Shown here: piece by piece, positions 44,025 to 52,843 of the stretch
Layout of the letters: every line of letters begins with the position of its first letter
Numbering within the stretch: the first letter of the stretch is position 1
From: Sumerlaeia bacterium
GTDB taxonomy: Bacteria > Sumerlaeota > Sumerlaeia > SLMS01 > JAHLLQ01
Assembly: GCA_040219255.1 (NCBI GenBank)
Contig: JAVJSW010000059.1
Span: 14,070 to 78,069 of the forward strand
Direction of reading: 5' to 3'
Length of the DNA: 64,000 nucleotides
The notes under the pieces: generated by a model
Told to the model about the DNA's origin: nothing
Database searches by the model: none
The model's input: the letters and a program-made list of their open reading frames with translations, nothing else
Program-made: the position numbers and the translations under genes

Positions 44025-44792
44025 TCACTCGCTCGGCTTCGTCGTCGGTTGCGTCGAAGGGGCTGAATCCGGCTGGCTCGCCGGTTCGCCACCCATCGAA
44101 TCGTCCTCGCCGCCAGAGGCTGCCGCCCAAGGCTTCTGCTCCGCCGGCGTGCCCGCCGGAACCTTCGCCACGGTCACCTTCTCCATCACGATCTTCTCGC
44201 TCGGCTTTTGAGTGCGCGCATTGCCGACCGCCTCGATCGCGTCCACCACGTCCTTGCCTTCGACCACTTTGCCGAAGACCGTGAAATCCCCATCCAGGTG
44301 AGCCGGATGGCTGCCCTTCGTGGTGATGAAGAACTGCGAGCCGCTGTTGCCCGCCGCGCTGCGAGCCATCGACAGCGCGTAATCGAAGTCCTTGAAGGAG
44401 TAGTCGTTGTCCTCGTCATCGAGACGGAAGCCGGGGCCACCGGTGCCGGTGCCCAGCGGATCGCCGCCCTGAATCACGAAACCGGGCACCACGCGGTGGA
44501 AGGTCAGTCCGTCGAAGAAGGGCTTCTTTTCCTTCTGGCCCGTCCGCGGGTCCACGGACACCTTCGTGCCCTCGATCAGGTTCACGAAGTTCTGGGTCAG
44601 GATCGGGCTCTCCTTGCCGAACAGTTCGATCACGATCTGTCCCTTGTTGGTGTCCATCACCACGTAATGGTCTTTCGTCTGATCCAGTGCGGGTCCGTCC
44701 ACTTTCTCGTTTCCTTGTGCGGGAGTCACGGCCGGGGCGGACGCCAGAAGCACCGCCGAAGCCAGAGTGAGGAGTTTGTTCCAAAGGCGCAT
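44025..44792 (-). CDS. Exported cyclophilin-type peptidyl-prolyl isomerase
   Basis: Signal peptide; FFDGLTFHRVVPGFVIQGGDPLGTGTGGPG, LSMAR, SGSQFFIT, HLDGDFTVFGKV. Confidence 0.95.
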   Translation of the reverse strand: MRLWNKLLTLASAVLLASAPAVTPAQGNEKVDGPALDQTKDHYVVMDTNKGQIVIELFGKESPILTQNFVNLIEGTKVSVDPRTGQKEKKPFFDGLTFHRVVPGFVIQGGDPLGTGTGGPGFRLDDEDNDYSFKDFDYALSMARSAAGNSGSQFFITTKGSHPAHLDGDFTVFGKVVEGKDVVDAIEAVGNARTQKPSEKIVMEKVTVAKVPAGTPAEQKPWAAASGGEDDSMGGEPASQPDSAPSTQPTTKPSE

Positions 44793-44998
44793 GAGTTCGT
44801 AGGGTTCCTTTTCGTCTCCAGAGAATTTCATTCGCTACAGACCACTCCTACCCGCCCCGTGTTCCCGGCCACAACGAAGATTTTCGTGGGCGGGAAGGGG
44901 GAGATGGGGCGAGAGCGGGGGAGGCTTCTTGCCAGCAGCCAAGGGCCGCCGTCTTTGAAGGAGCGGACCACCGTCGCACTTGGATACGGCCGATCCGC

Positions 44999-46135
44999 CT
45001 ACTTAGGATTCGAGAAGAGGTTCAGATATGGGGCATAGGAATAGACTCGATTTCTCTTCTGGTTATTGATTTCAGTCAGTAAGCCAAGGGATTCCAAGTC
45101 TTTGACAAGCTTGTTCGCGGTCACGTAAGCGCAACCTATGGCTGCTTGCAGCGTTCGAATCGTCGTGATGGGGTGAGTGAACAAGTGGTCCAGAACCCGC
45201 GTGGCGTAGAGGTGGCTCGGTAGCTGTGAGTTCACGAGTTCCAAGTGGTGAGTTCTCAAGCTGATGATTTCTTGAGTCTTGCCGACAGCTTCCGTTCCGA
45301 CTTCGATGACGCCTCGCAGAAAGTAATCGATCCAGCCTTCCCAATCACCCTTCTGCCGAATCGCCATCAGGCGGTCGTAATACTCCTGACGGTTGCGCTT
45401 GAAAAAGTGCGACAGATAAAGGACCGGGCGCTGAAGCACTCCCCTCTCGCAGAGCAAGAGCGTGATCAACAGGCGGCCGACTCTTCCGTTTCCATCAAGG
45501 AAGGGGTGGATCGTCTCGAACTGTGCGTGCGCCAATCCGGCGTGGATAAGTACCGGAAGCTCCTTGTCGTGGAGAAACTTCTCCAAATCCCCCATGGCTT
45601 CCACCATGACTGGCACTGTGGGGGGAACGAAGGCGGCGGAACGGATGTCCGCACCCGCTGGGCCGATCCAGTTCTGAATTCTCCGAAACTGCCCCGGCGT
45701 CGAATTCTGACCTCTGCCGGATTTCAACAGGACCCCGTGGATTTCACACAGAAGACGATTGGAGGGAGGAAGCCGGCTGAGATTCTCCAGCCCGTAATTC
45801 ATCGCGCCGACGTAGTTCACCACCTCTTCCACATCGAGCAATCCATGACCTCCGCCCGTGGTCGCTTCAAAGCGCAACACGTCTTCCAGCGTACTCTGTG
45901 TTCCCTCGATTTGCGATGACAGCACGGCCTCTTGCCTCACGTACATCCCGACAAAAAGGTCCGGGTTGGGAAGCACTTCGGTGATCATGTCCAGTCTGCC
46001 GACGACTCGATCCGCTTTCGAAAGTTTCCCCAGGATCTCCGATGTCAGCCCCAGCGCGGGTTCGGGCGGCAGAGCGGCGGGCACGAAGGACTCGTACCCG
46101 CCCGGTTGTTTTGCAAAATGGCCACTTCGCGACAT
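44999..46135 (-). CDS. Fic family protein (N-terminal inhibitory motif, C-terminal wHTH)
   Basis: EAVLSSQIEGT and HPFLDGNGRVGR; visibly lower GC than the flanking genes. Confidence 0.93.
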   Translation of the reverse strand: MSRSGHFAKQPGGYESFVPAALPPEPALGLTSEILGKLSKADRVVGRLDMITEVLPNPDLFVGMYVRQEAVLSSQIEGTQSTLEDVLRFEATTGGGHGLLDVEEVVNYVGAMNYGLENLSRLPPSNRLLCEIHGVLLKSGRGQNSTPGQFRRIQNWIGPAGADIRSAAFVPPTVPVMVEAMGDLEKFLHDKELPVLIHAGLAHAQFETIHPFLDGNGRVGRLLITLLLCERGVLQRPVLYLSHFFKRNRQEYYDRLMAIRQKGDWEGWIDYFLRGVIEVGTEAVGKTQEIISLRTHHLELVNSQLPSHLYATRVLDHLFTHPITTIRTLQAAIGCAYVTANKLVKDLESLGLLTEINNQKRNRVYSYAPYLNLFSNPK

Positions 46136-46155
46136 AAGCGGTGCGGGACTCCTCC

Positions 46156-46230
46156 CTTATTACAGCCGGGCGTAATAAGAAGCGAAATCACCAGGCCTTA
46201 TTACGCCAAAACGAGGTTCGCTGAAATAAG
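46156..46230. promoter_or_regulatory. Repeated inverted half-sites upstream of fic
   Basis: CTTATTAC(46156)-N8-GTAATAAG(46172) and CTTATTAC(46197)-N18-GAAATAAG(46223). Confidence 0.6.
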
Positions 46231-46362
46231 AAGGGATCCGCAAGCCTTTCCCTTCCCCTCCTCGCCGGGCTTGCTGGTATGCCGCTGGCATTGCTAGACT
46301 CCGCGCGTCTCGCACGGAGCGGGACACGCCGTCCACTTCCCACGCCAAAGTCTGATGCTCCC

Positions 46363-47778
46363 ATGAACCCCATTCCGCCCAACCAACGCCTCAAAGCCCT
46401 CCTCCAGTCCACCGCCCCCGGCACCCGCGTCACCGTGCGCGGGTGGGTCAAGACCCGCCGCGACTCCAAAGCCGGGCTCTCCTTCGTGCAGATCAACGAC
46501 GGCTCCTGCTTCGCCGATTTGCAGATCGTCGCCCCGGCGAACCTGCCCAACTACGAGAGCGACGTCTTGCGCCTCGTCACCGGCTGCTGCGTCGAAGCCG
46601 ACGGCGAACTCGTCGAATCCCAAGGAAAAGGCCAGAACGTCGAACTCCACGCCACTGCCATCCGAGTCCTGGGGTGGGTCGAGGACCCGGAGACCTATCC
46701 GCTCCAGAAAAAGCGCCACACCCTCGAACACCTGCGCGAGGTCGCCCACCTGCGCCCCCGCAGCAACACCATCGGAGCGGCCGCCCGCGTGCGAAACTGC
46801 CTGGCCTACGCGACGCACCGCTTCTTCCAGGAGCGCGGCTTCCTCTATCTTCATTCGCCCATTATCACCGCCTCGGACTGCGAAGGCGCCGGCGAAATGT
46901 TCCAGGTCACGACGCTGGACCTGGCCAACGCGCCCCGCAGCGAAGGCGGCGCCATCGATTACGCTCGCGATTTCTTCGGCCGCCAGGCCCACCTCACCGT
47001 CAGCGGCCAGCTCGCTGGGGAAACCTACGCCTGCGCCCTGACCAACATCTACACCTTCGGCCCCACCTTCCGCGCCGAAAACAGTCACACCAGCCGCCAC
47101 CTCGCCGAGTTCTGGATGATCGAACCGGAAATGGCCTTCTGCGATCTTCAGGGCGATGCCGACCTGGCGGAGGATTTCCTCAAGGCCCTCCTCCGCGCCG
47201 CCCTCGAGGAATGCCCCGAAGACCTCGCCTTCTTCAACCAGCTCTACGACAAGACCCTCATCGAAACCCTCGAGCACATCGTCGCCTCGCCCTTCGAACG
47301 CATCACCTACACGGAGGCCGTCGCGCTCTTGAATAACGTCCCGAAGAGCGTCCAATTCGAGTATCCGCCCCACTGGGGCGCGGACTTGCAGAGCGAGCAC
47401 GAACGCTACCTGACCGAGCAGCATTTCCGCCGGCCCGCCATCGTGACCGATTACCCCAAGGAGATCAAAGCCTTCTACATGCGCGGCAACGACGACGGCC
47501 GCACCGTGGCGGCGATGGACGTCCTGGTGCCGAAGGTGGGCGAGATTATCGGCGGCAGCCAACGCGAGGAACGGCGCGACGTGCTCGAAGCGCGACTTGC
47601 CGAGTTGGGCCTCAACGCCGCCGACTACTGGTGGTACCTGGACCTGCGGCGCTACGGAACGGTGCCCCACGCGGGGTTCGGATTGGGTTTCGAAAGAGCG
47701 GTCCAATTCACAACGGGGCTCGGAAATATCCGCGATGTCATTCCCTTTCCGCGAGCCGCGGGAAGCGCGGAGTTTTAG
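46363..47778 (+). CDS. asnS: Asparagine--tRNA ligase
   Basis: [76 protein letters not shown]. Confidence 0.97.
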   Translation: MNPIPPNQRLKALLQSTAPGTRVTVRGWVKTRRDSKAGLSFVQINDGSCFADLQIVAPANLPNYESDVLRLVTGCCVEADGELVESQGKGQNVELHATAIRVLGWVEDPETYPLQKKRHTLEHLREVAHLRPRSNTIGAAARVRNCLAYATHRFFQERGFLYLHSPIITASDCEGAGEMFQVTTLDLANAPRSEGGAIDYARDFFGRQAHLTVSGQLAGETYACALTNIYTFGPTFRAENSHTSRHLAEFWMIEPEMAFCDLQGDADLAEDFLKALLRAALEECPEDLAFFNQLYDKTLIETLEHIVASPFERITYTEAVALLNNVPKSVQFEYPPHWGADLQSEHERYLTEQHFRRPAIVTDYPKEIKAFYMRGNDDGRTVAAMDVLVPKVGEIIGGSQREERRDVLEARLAELGLNAADYWWYLDLRRYGTVPHAGFGLGFERAVQFTTGLGNIRDVIPFPRAAGSAEF

Positions 47779-47970
47779 AGGTCTATATGACACGTAATTA
47801 TCGAATTCTGAGTCGTTTGGATCGCAAGACGGCGATTGGGATCGCTTCAAAAATTTGCGAAAAAAAAGCGGACATAACGAACGTTTCCTTACAAATTCCT
47901 GAAACCATTCGACTTTGGACCGCGAAAACGAAACTTTTCCTTTGCATGAACGAAAAGAACCTGCAAGCCT

Positions 47971-47979
47971 TGCTATAAT
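47971..47979 (+). promoter_or_regulatory. Extended -10 promoter for the pilin-like gene
   Basis: TGCTATAAT in an AT-rich intergenic region, followed by AAGGAG at 47988. Confidence 0.6.
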
Positions 47980-48006
47980 TTCCATGCAAGGAGTTGCCAT
48001 CCCCAC

Positions 48007-48717
48007 ATGCAACGAAGCAAAGCATTTACTCTGATCGAGCTGCTGATCGTCGTCGCGATCATCGCCATCCTCGCGGCCATTGCCGTCCCCAACTTCCTCG
48101 AAGCCCAGGTCCGTTCGAAAGTCAGCCGCGTGAAGTCCGACATTCGTTCGCTGGCCACCGCCATCGAAGCCTACGCCGTCGATCACAACAACGTGCCCCC
48201 CGGCTCCGGCGAACACCCCACCAACCCCCCCAACACCCCCGGTGGCAACGTCGTCATCGATGGCGTCGTTCTCACCGGAACGCTCGGCCCATGGATCACC
48301 ACGCCCATCGCCTACTTCACCAAGTGGGATATTCAGGACCCCTTCATCCCCGCCGGAGCCCCCGCCGATACCCGCACCTTCACCTACCAGACCTACACTT
48401 GGCGCTGGGCCAAGGTGAAGAACTCCGCAGGCGTTTTCAGCCGTCCCGACACCGCCGCCATCGGCTTCAATGAAGGCGCCGCCCTCAACGGCGAGTGGTT
48501 CAAGCGTTTCTACGGCAGCTACCGTCTGCTGTCCCTCGGGCCGGACCAGAGTTTCAGCAACAATCCCGCCATTACAGCCCCAGGTGGCGTTGGGCCCGGC
48601 AACATCGGCCTGCCCTACGATGCGACCAACGGCACCGTGAGTTTTGGCAATATCCTCCGTTCCCAATCCGAGTCCGAGCAGAAGTCTTTCAACGGCAATT
48701 ACCCGGCCCTGCCGTAG
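48007..48717 (+). CDS. Prepilin-type N-terminal cleavage/methylation domain protein (pilin/pseudopilin-like)
   Basis: KA|FTLIELLIVVAIIAILAAIAVPNF with Glu5; DPF, SLGPD and YDATNGTVSFGNI motifs. Confidence 0.92.
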   Translation: MQRSKAFTLIELLIVVAIIAILAAIAVPNFLEAQVRSKVSRVKSDIRSLATAIEAYAVDHNNVPPGSGEHPTNPPNTPGGNVVIDGVVLTGTLGPWITTPIAYFTKWDIQDPFIPAGAPADTRTFTYQTYTWRWAKVKNSAGVFSRPDTAAIGFNEGAALNGEWFKRFYGSYRLLSLGPDQSFSNNPAITAPGGVGPGNIGLPYDATNGTVSFGNILRSQSESEQKSFNGNYPALP

Positions 48718-48746
48718 CCTGACCTGAACGACCGATCAAGACACCA

Positions 48747-48781
48747 GCCCCCGGACCTTTTCGTTCGGGGGCCTTTTTTTT
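48747..48781 (+). terminator. Intrinsic terminator
   Basis: GCCCCCGGAC-CTTTTC-GTTCGGGGGC-C followed by T8. Confidence 0.88.
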
Positions 48782-48909
48782 GAAGCCGGCAGGATTGAAC
48801 CGCCCAGACCCGCGCCACTTCCGGGAACCAGAGTTGACACCCGCGCGACGAATCTCCTCCCCTGTCGGCCAGATAATTTATCGACTACGGAAAGCGGGAA
48901 ACGCCAGGA

Positions 48910-50295
48910 ATGCTCGATTTGTTGGTCAAGGGAGCCACCATTGTCACCGATGGGGTGGAATTTCGCGCCGACCTCGGCGTCAGCAACGGGCGCGTTTCGC
49001 ACCTCGGCTCTCTGTCCGAAGACAGCGCCTCCGAGGTCATCGATGCCTCCGGCAAGGTGCTCCTTCCGGGATTCGTCGAGCTCGCCGTTTCTCCCCTCGA
49101 GGACGCCCCCTACGCCCCCGCCGCCCCGGGCCAGGATCTTGCCGCTCTCACCGCCCAGGCCGCCCTCGGCGGCGTCACCAGCCTCATCGTGGCCCGGGCC
49201 TGGAACGCCTCCCGCCCCTTCGCCGACGAACTGGCCGAGGTCCGCGAGCGCGACGCCGCCCGCGCCGCCGTCGATTTCGGCTATCACTACTTCATTTCCG
49301 ACTGGTCTGCCGACCGCCGCCGGCATCTGCGCCTCGCCCTCACCGCCGGCGTCCCCTCCGTCTGGATCCCCCGGGCCGGCGTCGAGGCCGCCCCCGCGGC
49401 CGCCCTCCACTACGCCGTGCTGCGCGATCTTCCCGCCAACTGTCTCGCCGTGACCACGCTCTCCGATCCCGGCCTCGAGGCCTTCCTGCGCTCCGAACTC
49501 AAGGCCAACGGCCAGCTCGCCGCCGCCCATCACGGAGCCATCTTTCCCGAATGGCTCGAAACGGAAGCCCTCCGCCGGCTCGACGCCGTCGCCCGGGGTG
49601 CTCGCGCCCGCCTCCTCGTCGCCGGTCTCACCTGTCCCCGCTCCCTCGCCGAATTCGCCGCCCTGCGCGATGCCAACGGCGTCCTCTGCGGCGCCGCCTC
49701 CCTCGCTCACTTGTGCTTCAATCTCGATCAGATGGAGGAGGAAACGACCCCCCGCCTGCCTTTCGCCTGGCCTCCCCTTCGGCCCCGCTCCGCCCAGCAG
49801 GCTCTCTGGAACGCCCTCGACGACGGCCTTCTCCAGGTCGCCACCTCGCTCCACCGCCCAGTCGCCGCCTCGGCCTACGCGGCGTCCCTCAAAGACGCCA
49901 GCACCGCCCTCGATGGCTCCTCCGCCCTTCCCCATTTCGCCCCCATGCTCTACGGAGAAGGCGCCGCCAAGCTTCGCATGGGCACGGAAAGCCTCAGCCT
50001 CTGCGCCTGCGCCGACCCCGCCAAGCTCGCCGGTATCTACCCCCGCAAAGGCACCCTGCAAATCGGCGCCGACGCCGATTTCCTGATCTTCGATCCCAAC
50101 GCCGATCACGTCCGGCCAGGCATTCCGGCCAAACTCGGTCCCGAGACGCACGACGCTTTCGCCGGGCTCGAATGCGCCGGCGCCCTCGAAGGCGTCTTCC
50201 TTCGCGGCGAGTCCATCGCCGGGGAAATGTCCTCCGCCGCCACCCCACACCCCCCCTCGGGCCGCTTCCTCGACCGCCAAATGGCTGTCAAGTAG
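48910..50295 (+). CDS. Dihydropyrimidinase/cyclic amidohydrolase homologue lacking metal ligands
   Basis: Scaffold motifs GKVLLPG, AALGGVTSLI, VDFGYH, PPLR...QALWNAL and PAKLAGIYPRKGTLQIGADADFLIFDP are present, but HxH is absent. Confidence 0.85.
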   Translation: MLDLLVKGATIVTDGVEFRADLGVSNGRVSHLGSLSEDSASEVIDASGKVLLPGFVELAVSPLEDAPYAPAAPGQDLAALTAQAALGGVTSLIVARAWNASRPFADELAEVRERDAARAAVDFGYHYFISDWSADRRRHLRLALTAGVPSVWIPRAGVEAAPAAALHYAVLRDLPANCLAVTTLSDPGLEAFLRSELKANGQLAAAHHGAIFPEWLETEALRRLDAVARGARARLLVAGLTCPRSLAEFAALRDANGVLCGAASLAHLCFNLDQMEEETTPRLPFAWPPLRPRSAQQALWNALDDGLLQVATSLHRPVAASAYAASLKDASTALDGSSALPHFAPMLYGEGAAKLRMGTESLSLCACADPAKLAGIYPRKGTLQIGADADFLIFDPNADHVRPGIPAKLGPETHDAFAGLECAGALEGVFLRGESIAGEMSSAATPHPPSGRFLDRQMAVK

Positions 50296-50299
50296 TCAT

Positions 50300-52114
50300 C
50301 TAATACCGCACCCCGATTCGCACCTTCACCTCCAGGCTGTCCGGCCCCCTCAGCACCTCCACTCCCACCTCGTCGCCGGCCCGCGTCGCGTTCACCGCGT
50401 CGAACAACTGCGGCGCCGTGCCCACCCGGCGTTCGCCGATCCGCACGATCCGGTCGCCCGGCCGCAGACCCGCCGTCTGCGCCGGGCCGCCGGGAACCAA
50501 TTGCGTGATCCGCACACCCGGCAATTCGCCTGACATCCCATCCGGGATCACCCCGAGAAACGGACGCTCCGCCGGGGTGGATGAGGGCTCCGTCACGAAA
50601 CTCGGCCTCGACTCGATCGCCATCAGCTCCGCGCAGAGCCGGGCGGCAAGCACCGCGCTCCGCTCGATGCCCTCGTCGTTCAACGCCTCCGGACGATCGC
50701 TCGGTTTGTGATAGTCCGAATGAAGACCAGTGTAGAGATTGAGTGTGGGAATGCGTTCATGGTGAAAGGAAACCGAATCGCTGAACGTGTAAGGACTCTG
50801 ATCGTACTCGAGTTCCAGCCTCAAGGTCTGGTTCGCGTTCTCTGTCAGCAGGCGCCAGATCGAACTGCTGCGCACCGCCTGCACGATCAACCGGTCGTCC
50901 CGCATCCTCCCCACCATATCCAGATTCACATACGCGATGATCTCGCCCGGCGGCAGAACCCCTTCCGACAGGAACGCCCGCGAACCCGCCAGGCCGTACT
51001 CCTCCGCGCTCCAGAACGCGATCAAGACGGGCCGGGGCCGTTCCTTCAGCGACATCAACCGCCGCGCCGCCTCCAGCACGGCCCCCACCCCCGAGGCGTT
51101 ATCGTCCGCCCCGGGATGCATCAGATGCGCTTCATCCGGCCGGGCCAGCGTCTGACTCGCCATTCCATAACCCAAATGGTCGTAGTGCGCTCCCAGGCCC
51201 ACGTACTCGGGCGTTTCGAGAAGCCCGGGGTTCTGTTCCGCTTTTTGCCTGGGGATTGTGCTGGGCAAAACCCCCACCACGTTGATGCCCGTCTTCCATT
51301 CTCGCTCGAGGCGAACCTCGAGTTGGACGTCGGACGTGGTGCGAAGAAACGCCAGAGCGTCGCGCGACTGCTCCGCCCGCAGTTCCGCCGCCGCCGTCTC
51401 CAGCGTCATGCCCGTCGGTCGAAGCAGCGCCTCAGCCACCGCCCCGGATATCGTCACCACCGGCAGCGGGGCCTCCGGGCCCCGGGTCATCGCCGGAACC
51501 TCCAGGGCCTCTTCGTCGTGAACGATCAACAGCGCCTCCGCTCCCAGATCGTCCGCCGCCGCTGCCAGATCTCTCAGCGGCAGCGCCCCTCCCGCTTGAC
51601 CATCCCATTCACGCACCAGCAGCACCGAACCGATGAACGGCTGGCTTCCATAGCGTCCCCCACCCCGATAGACCAGCAGCGGAATGTTTTCTCCATAACC
51701 TGCAAAGATGACCTCGCCCGCCGCCGTTCCGTCTCCCGAGAACGAGGCCGGGGCGAAGTCCTCGCCAGCGGCCCACTCCTGCGCGCCGTTCCTTGAGGTC
51801 AGCGCCAGCGCCGCCCTGGTCGCGCGCGCTTCCGCCATGAATTCAAATGGGATGCGCAAATCCTTCTGTCCAGGAACGGGCCGGGCGCCCAGCGCCGTCA
51901 ACTGCTCCACCAGGTACTGCGCCGCGCGCTTTTCCCCGGCGGTTCCGGCCTGGCGGCCTTCGTACTTCACCGATGCCAGATGGTGCGCGTGGCGGGCGGC
52001 TCCCGCCTCCCTAGGGCCAGCCGCCGTGGCGCAGGCCCCCAGCCCGCAGAGCGCCCACGCGAGCGCCAGAGCCCGCGCCGCGTCCCGCGTCCTTCTTGGA
52101 AAACGGATTTCCAC
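50300..52114 (-). CDS. M28 family peptidase lipoprotein with PA and PDZ domains
   Basis: Lipobox LGAC; GAHYDHLG, GADDNASG, SAEEYGL, NLDMVGR, YHKPSD; PDZ FLGVIP...GPAQTAGLRPGDRI. Confidence 0.92.
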   Translation of the reverse strand: MEIRFPRRTRDAARALALAWALCGLGACATAAGPREAGAARHAHHLASVKYEGRQAGTAGEKRAAQYLVEQLTALGARPVPGQKDLRIPFEFMAEARATRAALALTSRNGAQEWAAGEDFAPASFSGDGTAAGEVIFAGYGENIPLLVYRGGGRYGSQPFIGSVLLVREWDGQAGGALPLRDLAAAADDLGAEALLIVHDEEALEVPAMTRGPEAPLPVVTISGAVAEALLRPTGMTLETAAAELRAEQSRDALAFLRTTSDVQLEVRLEREWKTGINVVGVLPSTIPRQKAEQNPGLLETPEYVGLGAHYDHLGYGMASQTLARPDEAHLMHPGADDNASGVGAVLEAARRLMSLKERPRPVLIAFWSAEEYGLAGSRAFLSEGVLPPGEIIAYVNLDMVGRMRDDRLIVQAVRSSSIWRLLTENANQTLRLELEYDQSPYTFSDSVSFHHERIPTLNLYTGLHSDYHKPSDRPEALNDEGIERSAVLAARLCAELMAIESRPSFVTEPSSTPAERPFLGVIPDGMSGELPGVRITQLVPGGPAQTAGLRPGDRIVRIGERRVGTAPQLFDAVNATRAGDEVGVEVLRGPDSLEVKVRIGVRY

Positions 52115-52160
52115 CGGCCACCTCCTCGTCCATGGCGCGTGGCCCGGCCCGGATCGGGCG

Positions 52161-52586
52161 TCACAGACCTCTCAGAACGCTCTGATAGCAAACGATCAGC
52201 GCCGCGATGGCAATCCCACAGAGGCTGTAAAGAAAATCCACCCGGCGGAATTGGCGGCTGCCGCTTTGAAGCTGATGCACCTCGTCGAGGTACGCCGCCA
52301 GGGCGCACGCCGCCGCCACGATCCCCGCCCGCAGCGGATGCCAGGTAAATCGCCCATCGCCAAACCAGCCGTCCCAGCACCAGTAGAGAATCAGGAACAG
52401 CCCGCCAAACTCGACATAGTGGGCCAAGGCGCGAAAGGCCCCGTGATGCCGGTCGAAAAAAGCGAAGACCTTGGGCCGCGCCCGCAGCCGGTCGATCCAG
52501 GCCTGGGTCTGCGAACGCCCGAAGCGGCCGCTGCCGAGCCAGAAAATCAGCCCTCCGATGGCTGCCAATGCGAAAGCCTGTATCAC
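52161..52586 (-). CDS. VanZ-like membrane protein
   Basis: RALAHYVEFG and YLDEVHQ...SRQF..VD. Confidence 0.75.
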   Translation of the reverse strand: MIQAFALAAIGGLIFWLGSGRFGRSQTQAWIDRLRARPKVFAFFDRHHGAFRALAHYVEFGGLFLILYWCWDGWFGDGRFTWHPLRAGIVAAACALAAYLDEVHQLQSGSRQFRRVDFLYSLCGIAIAALIVCYQSVLRGL

Positions 52587-52843
52587 AATCCGTCTCCTGG
52601 CGGCGGTGCCGCGACAAAGCCCTTAGGTGGAGGATGGGGCGCGGGAAACTCAACCCCGAAGGAAGTCTTTTAGTAAAAAAGTTCGCCTCCGGCTCCCGGA
52701 GCGGTGGGATCCAGGCGTGAAAATCAAGCGCTTGCCTTTCCCCCCGCCCCTCATGACGCACGCTTTCCTTTGCAACGGCGAAACCCCTTCGTAACGTTCC
52801 CAGCCGAATTTATCACTCTATCCCACCAGCGAGCGCCCGATCC

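Noticed and set aside
46294-48666. 790-aa minus-strand ORF spanning asnS and the pilin gene
   Set aside because: Antisense to two well-supported genes; its composition is typical of a shadow frame.
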